Below, piece after piece: positions 1-14,030 of a DNA stretch of 64,000 bases; positions within the stretch are counted from its first letter, which is position 1, and the number at the start of each line of letters is the position of its first letter. Location: NCBI GenBank assembly GCA_047967505.1, contig CM106538.1. One strand, given 5' to 3'. The notes below the pieces were generated by a model that did not search any database, had not been told where the DNA came from, and saw only the letters and a list, made by a program, of their open reading frames with translations. This DNA is from Dipteris shenzhenensis (taxonomy: Eukaryota). The position numbers were made by a program, and so were the translations under genes.

Positions 1-3000
1 TTTCATGAATTGCAAGCTATGCATTTGGATCCGGATTGTTGGGAAGTTGTCTACTATGCACTACAATGGAGATGTTATTGCTAAAACAATCAAAGCTAAT
101 TGCAGATTCTAGTCATGGCAATATAACTTGCGTGATACTTTGAAACAATCAATTTCTGGCCGATCTTGAGACTCTGTCACAGCCTTAAAATCACGAGTCT
201 CTGCAAAATGAAGCCACTTACTAAACTTCTTTTTTGCAACAGTCCCATGAATTTTGCACCCCAACCTTGCCAAATCACCATCTTGCATCCTGCCACAAAC
301 ATAGGATTGCCGTAGCCCAACCGCAAAAAAGTCAAACAATCTGATTTGTGTGCTTGAGGAGACATTGAACCTTTGCCACTGATAGAGCGATGCAACAAGT
401 GATGTATCATGATTCATAGAATGCAAAACCGATGGAGAGGTCGAGGTGCCGGCTCAGCCTTCTTTGTGTTGGTTCTAAATTGTAGTCGAGTTGCTGCAGA
501 GCGTTGGCTTCCAAATCGAAGGGAGATCGAAGGGGTCATGGTGGATTCAGATCGGTGGCAAGCATATGGGTAGAAAGATCAATGCTCTTTGGAGTTAGAA
601 GGGCATGATATGTGCCGGATTTAGGTTCAGACCTTCAAGTTCGAACTTCGAATAGTAGGTAGTGTGTTTTACGCAAGGATCCTCGCAAAACCTACTTGGT
701 ACACTAGAGGCAAAGCCCAATATAAAGGTTTGATACTTTGTTCATGAAAGGTGAAATTTTTTAAATGATGTTATGGTGGCCTTAAGAGTGCACATGCCCA
801 AGGGTACACATGGGGGACATTATCACATCTTTAGAGAATGCTAGAGAATGTTATGGTGGCTTTAAGAGTGCAAATGCCCAAGGCTAGAGAGGGGGGGCAT
901 TTTACATCTTTAAAGAATGCTAGAGAATGTTTGATTTTAAAGAATGCTCTAGAATGTTTGAGCAAAACGTCTAGCTTTTTCCACAAACATATCCACTCTA
1001 AGAGGCTCAATACACATATGGTAGTAGAGATGTGGGCAAAGGAGACCTTCAAGTTCCAATTTCATTAGGGGGATCGATGTTTGAGGCAAAAACATACATC
1101 AACGCAACTCTAGAAGTATCAATCGTGAGCAAAAATTGTGAGCAACAACACATGTATCATGTATCATGTTTTGCTACAACAATGCATGAGTTGCCTATTA
1201 TAAAGTATCGTATTTTTAAAAAATAATAGAATATGGGCTTTAATAATAAGGTAATTTCTTTTACATACAAATGTCGTTCACATTCCACAGTAATGCGCGG
1301 GTTATACTTGCTCGAGCCGTTCTTGTGTGATGGGCAACCCCATTGCCATTTCCAAGAATGAGTGAGAGCTCAAGAGAGATTTGGCTATTGAGAGGTGGAG
1401 ATTCTGAGTCCCATCAACAGTGGGGTTTGACGGATCCTTTTTCCTAGCTGTCGATCTCGGGTAGCTTTCATAATAGAAAACATGCTTCGGTCTTTGAACG
1501 GCTCAATTCCAAGCACTCTACAAATCCATCGCGATACACTTAATCTTAGCTATTGATTTCTTTCCCATCGAGATACCCCACATTACAATGGGACACCCCA
1601 CATTAAATGCACGAACCGTTGCCATTAGATTTAAAGAAGATCTAACGGCCCACGAACATCGCTGTTTGTAGGCCGTTAGATCTTCCATAGATCTAACGCC
1701 TCAACGATGCCGCCAACCTCCCATGCACCTACACGTCGCCACATAACCCATCGACATTGAACACATGGCATTCCGTCGCCATCCGATTTTTGCCATGTCT
1801 CCCCTTGCCATCGGTGGTCAAAAATCAGCAGCGATCGGTGTTCACAGGTCAAAAACTAGTGAAATCAGCTCCAAGCTCCCAGCTTCAAGTTTCCTCCCTT
1901 GAAAACACGTCCCCAAGCGGATTCCCTAAAGTGACTGGTCCCAAAGTGACTCGGGGCGAGTCAGGAGGGAAGGAAGGGGGGGTTCCCTAAGATGTCGTAT
2001 AACGTGGATGGATTTTGGTGAGCCTCAAAGTTCATGCATCTCTGCGTTTGCATGATGACGGTTTTTGGCGATGAGCCCAAACCCCACTGAGCACTCCTAC
2101 CAGGACTGGTCACTGGACTAGTGGGCTTCTCCATCACGGCAGGACAACAGATCGCAGTGAATCTAACACTTCCACAGTAAACGGCCCACGTGAGTGCCCT
2201 CCCTCCCTTGTAAGCTCTATGGGGAACACGACCGGCAGCCTTGAAATTGTACACAGTACTCTAAACGTTACCACCTTACAAGGAAACAAAGGTCGACGTG
2301 ACGCATCTTTGCACTGCACTCCAGCATACTAGCTTGTTTCCACACCTCCACGCGAAAATAATTAAAAGGGACTGCAAAACTCTGCTATCAGCCAAAGAAG
2401 ACGAATCTTAACGTAGAGGTAACTATCAGCAATGCCATTGACAGCTTTTACTCGCGTTTGGGCAGTAGTGACTTTTATGAGAGTTTTCGCGATAAAAACT
2501 TGGGAGAGAGAGAGAGAAAGAAAAGGAAGAAGCGAAACACGAACAGAGAGACGCCAGACTCAGCAGAAAAAGAGAGACTTTTGCAGAACGGATGATGTTT
2601 TGGGCGATCACTTGTACAGATTTTGTTCATCCTTTTCGCTGCTGTGATAATGATCAGCGATAGCGATGGTGGAAGTTGGTGAAGGTGAAAAGCAGAGAGA
2701 AAAGGTGCTCTGAGCGGTGAGCACTGCTGCATGCACCGAACCACGTTTCGGTCTCCACTAATCCATGTCACTGAGGGAGCCATTGTGATAATGACGACGA
2801 CGATGGGAAGAGAAAAAAATATGGGGCGGGCGAGTGAGAGGTCGTTGGATGAGAGATGATCTATAGGGGTTGCGTGGAAGTAGAAGCACGCGAGCAATTG
2901 CTTTTCTTTGAAAGCCTGAGAGACGGAAGAAAATGGGGGATGATGATAACGACGAAGCTGCATCGGAAGGGGACAATGGAAAAGGAAGGGTTAGGTTGTC

Positions 3001-5379
3001 AAGCTTTGTCAGGATGAGAGCTCATAGAATCATAGAAATAGTTTGCAATTGTGCTGTGATGAGAGCTTTGCCAGTCTCAAATCCGACCGCTGGGGCAGCT
3101 CAACAAGCTTTTGCTTCATTGTCCATGCTCATGTTTGCCCAGTAGTCTACTAGACAGCATTGCAATCATCTGACATCGCAGTCCCCTGGCTTGACTAAAA
3201 TGCTCATGGCAGGCACTGCCCTCCTGACATGTTTTTTCACTTTGCTAATCAGATTTCTTAAGTGTTATACTCTCCCCATCAAAAGTCTCTAATGATTTGT
3301 TTCGTTTCGTTTTGATAGCCGGTATAGGCACAAACAGTACATACCATACATCTCATGGAATAATTGGTCATGTCTCTATCCTTTATCGCCAATAATTAGT
3401 CATGCCTCTATCCTGCCCCCTCCCTCAAAGTTGCCAATAATTGATCATGCATGTATGTAAGGCACAATTCAGTGTTAGACAACCTACTGTCCCATTATGT
3501 GCCCTTACTCGACAAAGATAGATCAGTCTGAGAACTTAGCTGTCGTTGAACTCTACACAGCTATTGTGAAGACCAGTCCATTTGGACTATGATGTTCTTG
3601 CGTTTGGTCTTTTTGCTGAATCTGCCTACCTTTAAGGAGGCTCTTATCTTTTTCTCCTAGTACCAATTTTGTTGAGTTCCCGCAAAAAGAAAAACAAAGA
3701 GAGATCAACCATCCCATCGACTGTCCCATTATGTGCCCCTACTCAATGAATGGAGGATTTAAGAGAGAGCATCAACATCTGCATGGCTTTTACTCAATTT
3801 AAATACCGAGTAACAGTGCACTACTTATTGTTATCCCCTATGAATGGCTTAGTCAAGATTAGGAGCTTGGAATTGAATTATACATCACTTTGACATCAAC
3901 TGTGGATTGTTTAAACCCTCGCCTGATCAAGACTTCCATACATGGCGTTGTCAAAGCTGAGAATGGAATTAGATTTCACTTCAACGGTGGATGGTTAAAC
4001 CCTCTTTCTAGATCTTTCTGATAATTGGCCCAGTACAGTGTACGGCAGTCGGTAAGTTTGGATAAATATGGCTCAATAATGGCATGACTAATTAGTATGT
4101 ACTTCAGTTGACAAAAAATGAATGGTTAAACTCGTGCCCAGAGTTTTATTTGGCCCATCCCCAACACCGTTCCGAGAGGCAATCCTACATTGCACTGCTG
4201 AAAACCCAGAAGCATTTGAAAGGCACCCCTCGAATCTACTTGGCCCTTCTCCCAACATTGTACCCTCGGAGTTATGACTATACTCACAGCTGATATGCAC
4301 GCACACACCGCCAGGAATGGTCCCCGAGTTCAGACTTTACCATTCTTATACCCTTCGTCTCTTGATTCTGCACTTGTGTTTACAAGAACCCCTTTCCACA
4401 GCTTCCATTCCCCGGACTTTAGTTTCCCCTCGGACCCCTCCTCCAAACATTTTATATTGCATTGTTGATTTTTCCACCTCATTTCCCAGAATCTCAGTGT
4501 TCACCTATATACACATACATTGAGAGGAACCCAAGAAGCTTCGCATCACTAGCCACTCAAACTCCTAGGCTGCATTCCTGTTCCATACAGGTACACAATT
4601 AGAGGAACCAGAAAACTCTCCATAAGGCAGTTAGATTCCTCCAGAATCCAGGCTCCCAGCACTATCGAGCTCTATACAAGTTCTAGGGAATTGCTCCTTC
4701 TGTTTGTTCTGAATTTGATGCACATTCACAAAACTTTAGTCCTGACGATCGCAGTTCCTGTTTCCACTTCAACTAAGGCGCTTCTGCTTGATATGTGATG
4801 TAATGGAAAGCAATGTGAACTGGGACCTGACCTATATCGACTGTCGCTGAATAGTATCTTCGTAAGCATTCAAAACATCATTGTGTCGATCTTCGAACTG
4901 CATCGCTAGTTGGTAGCAATCTAGTGCAGAATTATGTATCCTCTACTCATTGTAGGCCACGCGCTCCTAGAAACTAGACAAATTGTCAGCATCGATCACA
5001 ATTTACATTCGTTTTCCAGCCTTCATCCATATTAATGCATGCGTCGCCTCCATCCGGAAGAGCGAGGATTAGATTTGCCAAGCTATTCTATATGTACGAA
5101 TCGGTGAAACTGCGCTGGGGGTCTCGTGCTACTGTCTGCGCATCTTGGGGTATATAAACTTCATCAAATTCCTGCCATACAAGTCTTCAATGACTAAATG
5201 CGCGGGACTTAATGTTACAGCCCGAGTTTCCTAAATGCGCGGTAGAACCATGTTGTGCTAATAAGCCTTGCGGGTTTTGTAGGTGCAAATTTTTCATCAC
5301 ATTCTACGTGAAGCGGTCCCTTCAAATTCGGATCGCAGCAATACATATTTTTTGGAAAATTCGGACTCTGCAGTTTAGG

Positions 5380-6010
5380 ATGGGAATACGATTCTGTGTC
5401 CTTCTGTTATTGTGGGGAGTAGCTGCTAAAGTAAATGGTATCATCGCGTTTTCACCTTCAGGTAAGCGCCGACCTTATATTGCCCTCAAACTTCAATCCC
5501 TGGCGATCATTTTACACGCTTTCATGCGAATTTTAGTTATATGGAAGGTAATTGTTCACTTAGTTGTGGATTTCATTCATACAGAAGATGGTCCTCCCGA
5601 CATCTCTTTTGCGCCGATCAACGTAAGTCTCATAACTTTCTGCTCAATGTAGCGATTGATAATAGGATGACGCCTGTTTTCTGTATGTCCCAGTAGTGCT
5701 GTGCTAAGCCTGCCTAGCGTATCAACATGTCTTTCAGTTTAAAGCTTACGAATATAGAGTCAGTGCACAAGGAGGCTTCAGAGCGCTCGAGGCGTCGAAG
5801 ATTGGATCGAAACCACCTGCTTGTCACAGTAGATGTGAAGGTTGCATTCCTTGCAAACCTATTGAAATTACTGTGCCACCAGGAAAAGGAAAGGTGAAAG
5901 TCGTCTCATCTCCAGACAGCAGTCGCACGACCAGAAGCTCACTGAATGATGCGCCTTACAAGAGTTTAGCCTGGAGATGCCAGTGCAAGGGCAAGTATTA
6001 TAATCCCTGA
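5380..6010 (+). CDS. EPFL: EPIDERMAL PATTERNING FACTOR-like (EPF/EPFL) secreted cysteine-rich peptide, 3 exons (5380-5461, 5585-5622, 5738-6010), 130 aa
   Basis: GT-AG introns with consistent phases. Signal-peptide-like start MGIRFCVLLLLWGVAAKVNG. Mature domain IGSKPPACHSRCEGCIPCKPIEITVPPG...YKSLAWRCQCKGKYYNP* has the six-Cys EPF pattern with GSxPP and W-x-C-x-C...NP ends. TATATAAA at ~5151. Exact EPFL subclade not assigned. Confidence 0.92.
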
Positions 6011-6649
6011 TCAGCCGCGGCGGTAAGATTGGCAGAAACTACCAGAGCAAGGAATAGGTTCTACGACCCGCAAAGATGACAATCGATGCGCTGTGCAGCA
6101 TGCTCGCTGTATATAAGCATAACACAGAGAATATATATATTGGGAGGTGCAAAGTCATGTGAAATAAACTCCGGCTGACGTTACTGATACGTTCACCACT
6201 TAGTCACGTAATATGTGGGTTGCGATTCGAAGGCAGGACAATTTTAATCGACGCTTTGTTGCGCAGTATATATTTATCTCTACTCATCGATTGACTCTCT
6301 TCGTATCCGTGCATAACTTGTCAGCTCCTCGATGCCAGCTGCATGTATTTCGTTCTACAGTAATAATTGCAAGCCCGTGGAAATTCACCACGCGAATGAA
6401 TCGCTCCCGCGGTGAGAGAGAGAGAGAACGATCTGTATCTATGTATCTATGGAGAGAGAACAGAAAGACAAAATTTCCCCCCCTATTAATGCTTGAAAAA
6501 GCTTCCAAAGGTAAGTACAAGAGAAACAACTCGCATATACAGAACTCAGCTTGTCTCACGAAGAACCCACTAGGGAATCTTCGGAACTTTGGACTAACAA
6601 CCAAGATGGTCTTCTATATATCCACCAGATATACCCCACACACGGTGTA

Positions 6650-7345
6650 GAAGATATACCCCTCTAGGCCAAGCTTGCATAATCGCTCCCATCTTTTGAC
6701 ATTCACTCTTGATCTTGGGTACCGCACTCCCAAATGGCACGCAAGGTAAAGATAATGTCCTACTAGATGGCAACAAGGGTGATCTGTTGACCTCTCATCA
6801 CCTAACTACACCCTGTGACCCATATGTTCCAGGCAATGAGGCTGGATATTGTCTCCCAAAACTATCGTCTGGTGAGGGCATTGGGCGGGCCCCGTACATG
6901 GAGAGGTGGCAATGCATCATCAGTCTCTATCCAGAAGATTTGCTGGCCATGGACCATGTATACTGGCAAGACTAAGTCAATCGAGAAGGCACGCCCTCCC
7001 TCCGTGAACCATGAGACCATCCCCCAAGTAAAGTCTTGTTGTTTCCGTGCGTGTGAAAGGCCGCCAACCAAATCCTTTGAGGTATAGGACATCCTCATAG
7101 GCAATGGAGAAGACTTCCTCTCTGCAGCAAAAGCATCTACCATGTACATGCATCTGCTCGAACCGAGGGCTGATAGGCAGTCCCCCATGGGCCAACAACC
7201 AAAAGAAATAGGAGATCTTCCGTGGTCTCATGCTAGACCAAAGACGAGGCCAGAACCGAGAGATGACCTCTTGAGGAACCTCTTGCTCGACCTAGTAGCG
7301 CTCTCTGAGTGCCGAAGCAGCAACCTCTCAGCTATCTCTAGCTAA
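6650..7345 (-). mobile_element. L1-type LINE 3' fragment (family A, zf-RVT region), degenerate
   Basis: Minus-strand peptide KISYFFWLLAHGGLPIS...GRCFCC resembles 8645-8854 and 37590-37700, the same family. Confidence 0.75.
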
Positions 7346-7902
7346 AGATGACGGTCGATGCAAGTCATGTACGAGAAAGAGGGCAACTTTTCTACCCTGC
7401 TCATAGCCATTTATTTGGATGATTTTTGTGTGTATTCTACACACACTAATCATCTTGACTTTCTCAAAAAAGTCTTTCAGAGATGTAGGCAAGCATGCAT
7501 TTTCCTAAACCTCGCCAAGAGTGTATTCTGTGTCTGAGTTGTCATTGCACAAGATGGTTCGCACTGAGACAAGAAAAATTCATGCTATTTACAAATGCTA
7601 GATCCTAAGAATCTAACTCAATTGTGTTCTTTTGTGGGCTTTATCAGTTTTTACAGGCGTTTTATCAAGGATTTTTCCAAGATTGTAGCTCCATTATCTG
7701 AATGAACTAGAACGAATGCCAAGTTTGTATGGAATTCTTAGTTATCTATTGTCTTCCATGACTTGAAAGCTGAGCTACAACTACACCCATTTCATGGCAG
7801 CCTAGATGGGATGTCATTTTCCATGTGCATGTTGATGCTTCTAAATATGCATTTGGCACTATATTAGCTCAACCAGATGGTTGGTTGGATTATCCAGTGT
7901 AC
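7345..7902 (+). mobile_element. Ty3/Gypsy pol remnant (RT to RNase H), interrupted by a LINE
   Basis: Translates to IAIYLDDFCVYS (RT YxDD), [22 protein letters not shown] and FHVHVDASKYAFGTILAQPDGWLDYPVYF (RNase H). Confidence 0.85.
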
Positions 7903-10900
7903 TTTTTTTTTTTGGCAAAGAAAAGAACCTTCTATTAATGCTTGAAAGACCACACAAAACAGCAGCCCCGAAGGTGCTGAGTATGGAAAGAACTGGAAAA
8001 AGTCTGAAAGAAAAAACCAGCCTATTCCAGACAAACTTAGCTCACTATCTTTAGTACGAGGGCTAACGGCCAAGTGGGGGGACTATACACCTAGCAAATC
8101 CCTCACGAAGTGAATATGTAAAACTCTCCTGTAGTCTAAGCCTTGCAGAATCGAGCATGCTTGCGACAAATTCCCTAGAGCATGGGGTCTCACGCTTTTA
8201 GGTGGAGTGGAGGATGTAGATGATATCCTGTTCGATGGCAACCAAGGTAATCGAGAGTGGAGCCAAATGCTCACCCATTACCAGGCTGTAGCAAGCAACC
8301 CAAATGTTCCACACTGTGATACTGGCTACTACCTCCCATACATTGTCCTCCGGAGGAGAATGAGGAATGAGGCTATCAGGAGGGACCGCCTCATGGAACT
8401 CTATCCTCTGAATGCTCTTACCCTGTATCCACCGGTAAGCTAGGGAGACCTCATCAATCCAGAACGTGTGTCCTCCCTTAGTCAACAAGGCCACCATGTA
8501 GTCCCTCTGAAGGCTTTGCATACGGGTCATAATCCTGAGGGCTCCCATCCAAATCCTCGTTGTGCTATGACAGCTCTAGAGGTAGTGAGGGATCATCTCC
8601 AAAAAACCTGCAGAGCAACAATGACACTGCCCCTCCACCTGCATCTACTCCAGCCATAGGCTAATGGGCAAGCCTACATGGGCGGCCAGCCAAAAGAAGT
8701 AGGATATCTTCTTTAGCAGCAGAGGGAGCGTAACGCAGTCCTCCATGTAGCTCGATGATGATAACCACATCCAAAACCTAGAACGGACCTCTTGGGGCGA
8801 TCTCTGGGCCACCCAATGCCTCTCCCTCAGAGGGGTCCAAGTCAAAGAGTCCATCTATAGCCTCCTGCCAATGTGTGTGGTGTAGGAGAAGAAGGGCACC
8901 TTGTCCACCTACTCAGCAAGGCCGCCCCTGGAAGGCCAGAACCACTCTCTCCGATCCCACTGGACCTCCCTCAAGGGACCCCCAAAGCCAGAGGCACCAT
9001 CTTGGGGCATCCTACTCTAGGATACTGGGAGGATCAATGTGCCACTACTTCCACAAACGTCCCACCACTCTGATTATCTACCAATGAATCCCATCCATCT
9101 CTGGGTCTCTCGCAGTGAGTGCCTGGAGTAGGCCTCCAAGTCCTACATCGAAAAAACTAGGCCGCGTGCTGCCTCACTGCATCACTATCCTCAAGGGGAC
9201 ACCAGTCCGAGAAAACTAAGTCAACCATTTGTTGCCCATCCACACGCGAAGTCCCTCCCACTAGGACTCAGGGATGGCTAGGCCAATCTCTCTCATTTGC
9301 TACCCTGCCCCTTGCAAATGTGCTAAGGTGCCAAGCCTTGCCTCTACCTCCATGGGTAATCTTCTCCATCTGCCAAAGGATCCGGCCGGTCCAATTTCCA
9401 ACTGTGCCCAACCAATGTGATTCTGCTGCCCGAGCATACGCCCATCCTAATCCCTGATCTTCGAGTGCCAAATAAGGGCTTGATGCTTGAACTCCTCTCT
9501 ACAGTTTGAGCATGAATGAGGCCCCTTGCTAATATCTACCTAACCCTATGGAGGATCCTCATCAAGGGGAAACCCTTTCCCTTAAGGGAGGCCTATGAGA
9601 TGATCCATTTGTGTGAATGCTACCACTGCCCCCAGTGCGTGTAGTGTTCCTGAGAAACCCTCGTTGCTGTAAGAGGAGCTTCCAAGGCTCTACACCTAGG
9701 GTGAGACTACAGACAACCAACTTGCTCAAGAGGGCTCTTGTCTACATCTCCGGATCAATGATACCCAAACCTCCCAATGTATGTGGCATGATCATCGTCT
9801 GCTAAGCGACCCGGGCTCTAGTATTCCTCGTGCCATCTGTTCCTACCCAAAGGAAGTTTTGAACCAATCAACCGTCAGAGCTGCCCAATGCACCCTCTGT
9901 GAAAACACTAGCAAGAGGCGATATACCAGACCGTGGCAAGAAGGACCTGGTTTGCCACTAAGGCATGGCCCGCTAGGGAGAGTTTGGCTGAGCTCTAGTA
10001 GAGAAGCTTGCACCAAACACTCTCGAGGACCGGGGTGATGTGTTGCTCTGCCGTAATATCGATACCCACCTAGCATCCGAGGTATCTCGCTGTTTGGCCC
10101 TGCAGTATCTAGCGGAAGCCAAAGTCACTCCCCCACTCTTGAATCTCCCGTGTCTCCTCAAATCTTGTGAAGAAACCTATGGATTTTGTCTAGTTGATCC
10201 ACACACCCAAGGACTCACAATAGATAGCCAGGGCTCCCTTGACTCTCTCCAAGCTCGTGGTGGTGCCCTCTACATATAAGGACATGTCATCTACATTAAA
10301 GTCTAGCAGCTCCTCCTCCTGTCTGATTGGGAGCCTCAACCCTGTGAGGCCCACCACCAATGATCTCAAGTAGTAGCCCAAAGCCTCTGCCACAAACAAG
10401 AAGAGGAAGGGATCAAGGGGGTAGCCCTAGCAGACCAAGCGAGAGTGAGGGCCTTGCCTCTATGTCCACTAATAAGCATCTGACTAGAGCTCCTCACATA
10501 AAGCACAACAACTCCTCTGATCCATCTGTCTGAGAATCCCAATCTCAGCATAGTACCCTCCAAGAAAGACCACTCCACCTTGTCGTAAGCCTTCTCAAAA
10601 TCCAAGATAAAAAAATCTAATGGCTGTGACTCCTCCCTAGACCAATCCAATGCCTCACAAAATGTGAAGATGATGTCTAGGATGCTGCGCTCCAGCACGA
10701 ACCTTGTTTGTGTGTCATGGATGATGTTAGTAAGATGGGGCTGTAACCGCAAACTCAAGACCTTGGAGAGGATATTGTATGTAGTATCAAGCAAAGTGAT
10801 CGATCCACACTACCGGATGTATGACCTATCTCCCCCTTTTGGGATCAAACAAATCCACCCCTTGCTCAGGGACAGAGAAAGGGAGTTCATGTCGAAGATC

Positions 10901-12260
10901 TCCTAGCAGGCTATGCCTCACGGGGTGGAGATGATCTCCCACAAGTTCTGGAAGAAGGCTGGAGTTAATCCATCCTCAGTAGGACACTTCTGGGTCAGGA
11001 GATCCTTGAGGGCTTTCCAAAGCTCCTCATCTGTGAAAGGATCCTCTAGACTCCTTCACAAATCTTGCGAGACTACCATCGGAACGTGATCCCAAACTAA
11101 CTCACGAGTCACAAGATAAGTTGGAGTCATCCTCTTTGTTTGAAAGAGCTAGTTGTAAAAACTTGTGGTCAGGTCTAAAATCTCCTACGGATTTGGTACC
11201 CTACAGATCCCGTGAATGCTGCAACAATTGTGTGCCTGTCGATCGAGGCCTAGTGGTCTGAAAGAACTACTTCGTCATCCTGTCCCCTTGCTGTACCCAC
11301 GAAGCTCAAGAGGAGTGATAGGAGAACTGAGCCTATCGAATCTTCTTGTCCTAAAGCTTAAGGCGTGCGCTCTCAAGCCTGCCACTAAGCCACTGGGATC
11401 CTAGGTCCTGCTCCCTGAGCCTCTCTATGGAGGTGAGGTCTCTTTATAGTGCTCACTCATGGTCCTGAAGGGCCCTCCTCTGTCTAAGGTCATGAGCCTA
11501 CAACTCCTCACTGCTCCTCTAGATTGCATTGGCCACCCACAAATCCTAGACCTTGCAAGGTGCCGTCTCTAACTGTTGCCAAATCTCTGTCATGACTTAT
11601 TGAACCTCCCCGTCCTGTAGGAGGTCTTGTGGATGCGGTCCCCCTTTTGGGAAAGACCTCAGTGGGGCTACTCTAAGTGGAGTACTACTAGAGAGTGGTA
11701 TGACACTGTGGTGCCTTCTAGAATCCCAGTAGAGCCACCTCTGTTCAGTCCCCAACGTAGAAGCGGTCTAGCCTCTTAAGCAGTCCATCATGTCTCCTCC
11801 ATTCGAAAGAGAAGAGGAGGCTGCCAGGTATTCTGCTAAACTCTGGCTCTTGCCACCACAGGTCTCTGCCACCACCAGTGATCATGGAGATGAACTGCTC
11901 CCAAGTGCTCCGCTCTACCTGCTAGAATCTTAGAGAAGGAGGCACCGCCCATCTTGTCCTCCCCAAACTCCAGGTTGTTGAAGTCCTCTCCAACAATCCA
12001 GGAGTCTACATTCGGAAGACACTCTGTCAGCCTCCTCTAAAAAGTCGGATGGCGCTATCTGCACGCTGGGGCATACACATTTAGGATCCCAATCCTAGAC
12101 TCTCCGATCCTAACTCCCATCCAAATTGCCCATCCTGGGATAAGCTTGCCTTTATCATAAACCTTTGGAGCCACTGTCTGTGAGACCGAGATGTAGACCC
12201 CTCCACTCTGTCCTACTACAGGGGACCACATCTCCGAGTGTCTCCCCGGGAGGAGGTGGT
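7903..12260 (-). mobile_element. 5'-truncated L1-type LINE (family A): endonuclease, RT and zf-RVT pseudogene with poly(A) tail
   Basis: Poly(T) at 7903-7913 on the + strand is the poly(A) tail. Minus-strand RT motifs include TTYNILSKVLSLRL and LDFEKAYDKVEWSFL, and EN motifs include ILNVYAP and WIVGEDFN. Many stops and frameshifts. Confidence 0.9.
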
Positions 12261-12910
12261 GTTTTCGTCTAATGTATAATGCTGAGAACATATGCTGCTA
12301 AATCAAAAGGATGTGCACTTTCCACCCTACTGCTGCCCTTTGTAGCTCTTGCCAAAGGATTGAATGTAGGGGTCATTATTGAGCTTCCAAATGACAAGCT
12401 CTTTGCTATTGATTATTAGGAGCATGAGTATGCCGAGTTGATGGGCTATTTATCTAATAACACATTTCCTAATAGTATGCAGTGAGACAAGCATAGGCAA
12501 TTAGCCTTGAAGTCATGGAAATCTACTTTAATTAGTGGACATGTCTACTTCCAATGTGGAGATTGCATTCTACAGTAGTGGGTTCTACCACATGATGAGC
12601 TATAGTTTTGCACAAAGCTCACTTGAGCCCATGTGGTGGATGCTTTCAGGGATAATTGACAAGTCCTATAGGTAGGTTTACATTGGGAGATTGTTAACTT
12701 TGTGTCGACATGGACTCAGGTAGCATGAAATGTGTGTACAGTAGTGGGTTCTACCACATGAGTGAGCTATAGTTTTGCAAGAAGCTCACTTGAGCCCATG
12801 TGGTGGACACTTTTAGGGATAATTGAAAAGTCCTGTAGGTAGGTTTACATTGGGAGATTGTTAACTTTGTGTCGACATGGACTCAGGTAGCACGAAATGT
12901 GTGTGTGGAG
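12261..12910 (+). mobile_element. Continuation of the Gypsy pol remnant (integrase zinc-binding region) with a ~166-bp tandem duplication (12571-12736 / 12737-12906)
   Basis: LQEAHLSPCGGHF-like motif occurs twice. The duplicated block TACAGTAGTGGGTTCTACCACATG...GACATGGACTCAGGTAGCA is directly visible. Confidence 0.6.
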
Positions 12911-12984
12911 TAGCAACAAAGCTTCATGTTTATATAAATTCGCTTTTACTTGCATAAGGCTAGGAATAACCTCTCTTAGGAATC

Positions 12985-13330
12985 CAGCATGCATGTTCTA
13001 CATGCAATTCCTACATGGAACTCCTACATGCATCTTCTACATGCAAGTTCTATATATGATTCCTACATGCAAGTCCTACCAATGCAATTCCTACGTGCAT
13101 GTTCTACATGCAGTTCGTACATGCATGTTATACATGCAGTTTCTATATCTAATTCCTACATGCGTGTTCTAAATGAAGTTTCTACATGCAACTCCTACAT
13201 GCATGTTCTATGTTTAGTTTCTAGATTCAATTCCTACATGCAACTCCTACATGCAAATTCTGCATGCACATCCTAGATGAAAGTTTTACATGTAGAGAGA
13301 GAAAGTCCTACAATTCCTACATGCAGAGAG
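12985..13330. repeat. Degenerate short-period tandem repeat (core TTCTACATGCA / TCCTACATGCA)
   Basis: About 20 recurrences of (t/c)ctacatgca with roughly 13-15-bp spacing. Confidence 0.85.
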
Positions 13331-13684
13331 AGCTTCTCTAACTTCTATAAATATCCCATGATGGAATGAAGCCCACACTCTTTGGGGCATTGTGTTGAGT
13401 TCTATTTTGCTGTTCTATGCAATTGTCTCCAAGTGTTTGTGCTCCCTTGCACTCCACATCCAAAAAGCATGTCCCTAACCTTGCCTCCTTCTCCCCTCTC
13501 CTAAAACCTTACAGCTCCACCCCTCACTCTTCTCCTCCCTTGTCCTCTCTCTCCTCCACCTCCATGCTCTTACCTATGCTTCCCCTAAGAGTGTACCCTC
13601 TTAGAGTAGTTTTACCTTAGTTCCACAACCCTTGACCTCCAAGACCTATGAGGGCAATGAGCTCTCCACCATGTACTCTACTCT

Positions 13685-14030
13685 GAACCCTAGATCCCCC
13701 TTCTAACCTTGAACCTCATTTTAAACCCTCAAGCCCCTTCTAAACCATGGAGCCTCCTTTTGAACCTTGAAACCCCTTGTAAGCCTTGGAACCTCCTTTT
13801 GAACCCTAAAACTCTTCCTAAACCTTAAAACCCACAATGGAGGTGAAAGTCTTCATTACCCCATTCATGTTGATGAGTGTTTCTTTCACACAAGCATGAA
13901 AAGTGTTTGCTTCCCACATTGTATCCTACGTCTCTCACCAGAATACAACCCGAGGTCCTAAGCTATACTTATACTAAAAATAATGACACCGATATATTAG
14001 GTGACAAAAAGCCTGGCAACCCAGCACACC
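13685..14030 (+). repeat. Dispersed repeat copy (AACCTT/AACCCT tandem array plus unique ~190 bp); inverted partner at 19160-19560
   Basis: CCTACGTCTCTCACC...CGAGGTCCTAAGCTA...TAGGTGACAAAAAGCC is the reverse complement of 19170-19261. Confidence 0.85.

Noticed and set aside
1961-2060. DnaJ-like TLYDILG motif on the minus strand
   Set aside because: Isolated short motif with no HPD motif or continuing J-domain.
2475-2963. Minus-strand 162-aa ORF, or a possible uORF/miRNA locus
   Set aside because: No recognisable domain, conserved miRNA or long hairpin. The CT/GA-rich composition may indicate a non-coding transcript, but I cannot support a call.
5212-5652. 146-aa single-exon ORF
   Set aside because: It reads through intron 1 of the EPFL gene. 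The spliced model from ATG 5380 explains it better.
12985-13330. CRISPR-like array (also considered for 55030-55240)
   Set aside because: These are contiguous degenerate tandem repeats with no unique spacers or cas genes, in a eukaryotic context.
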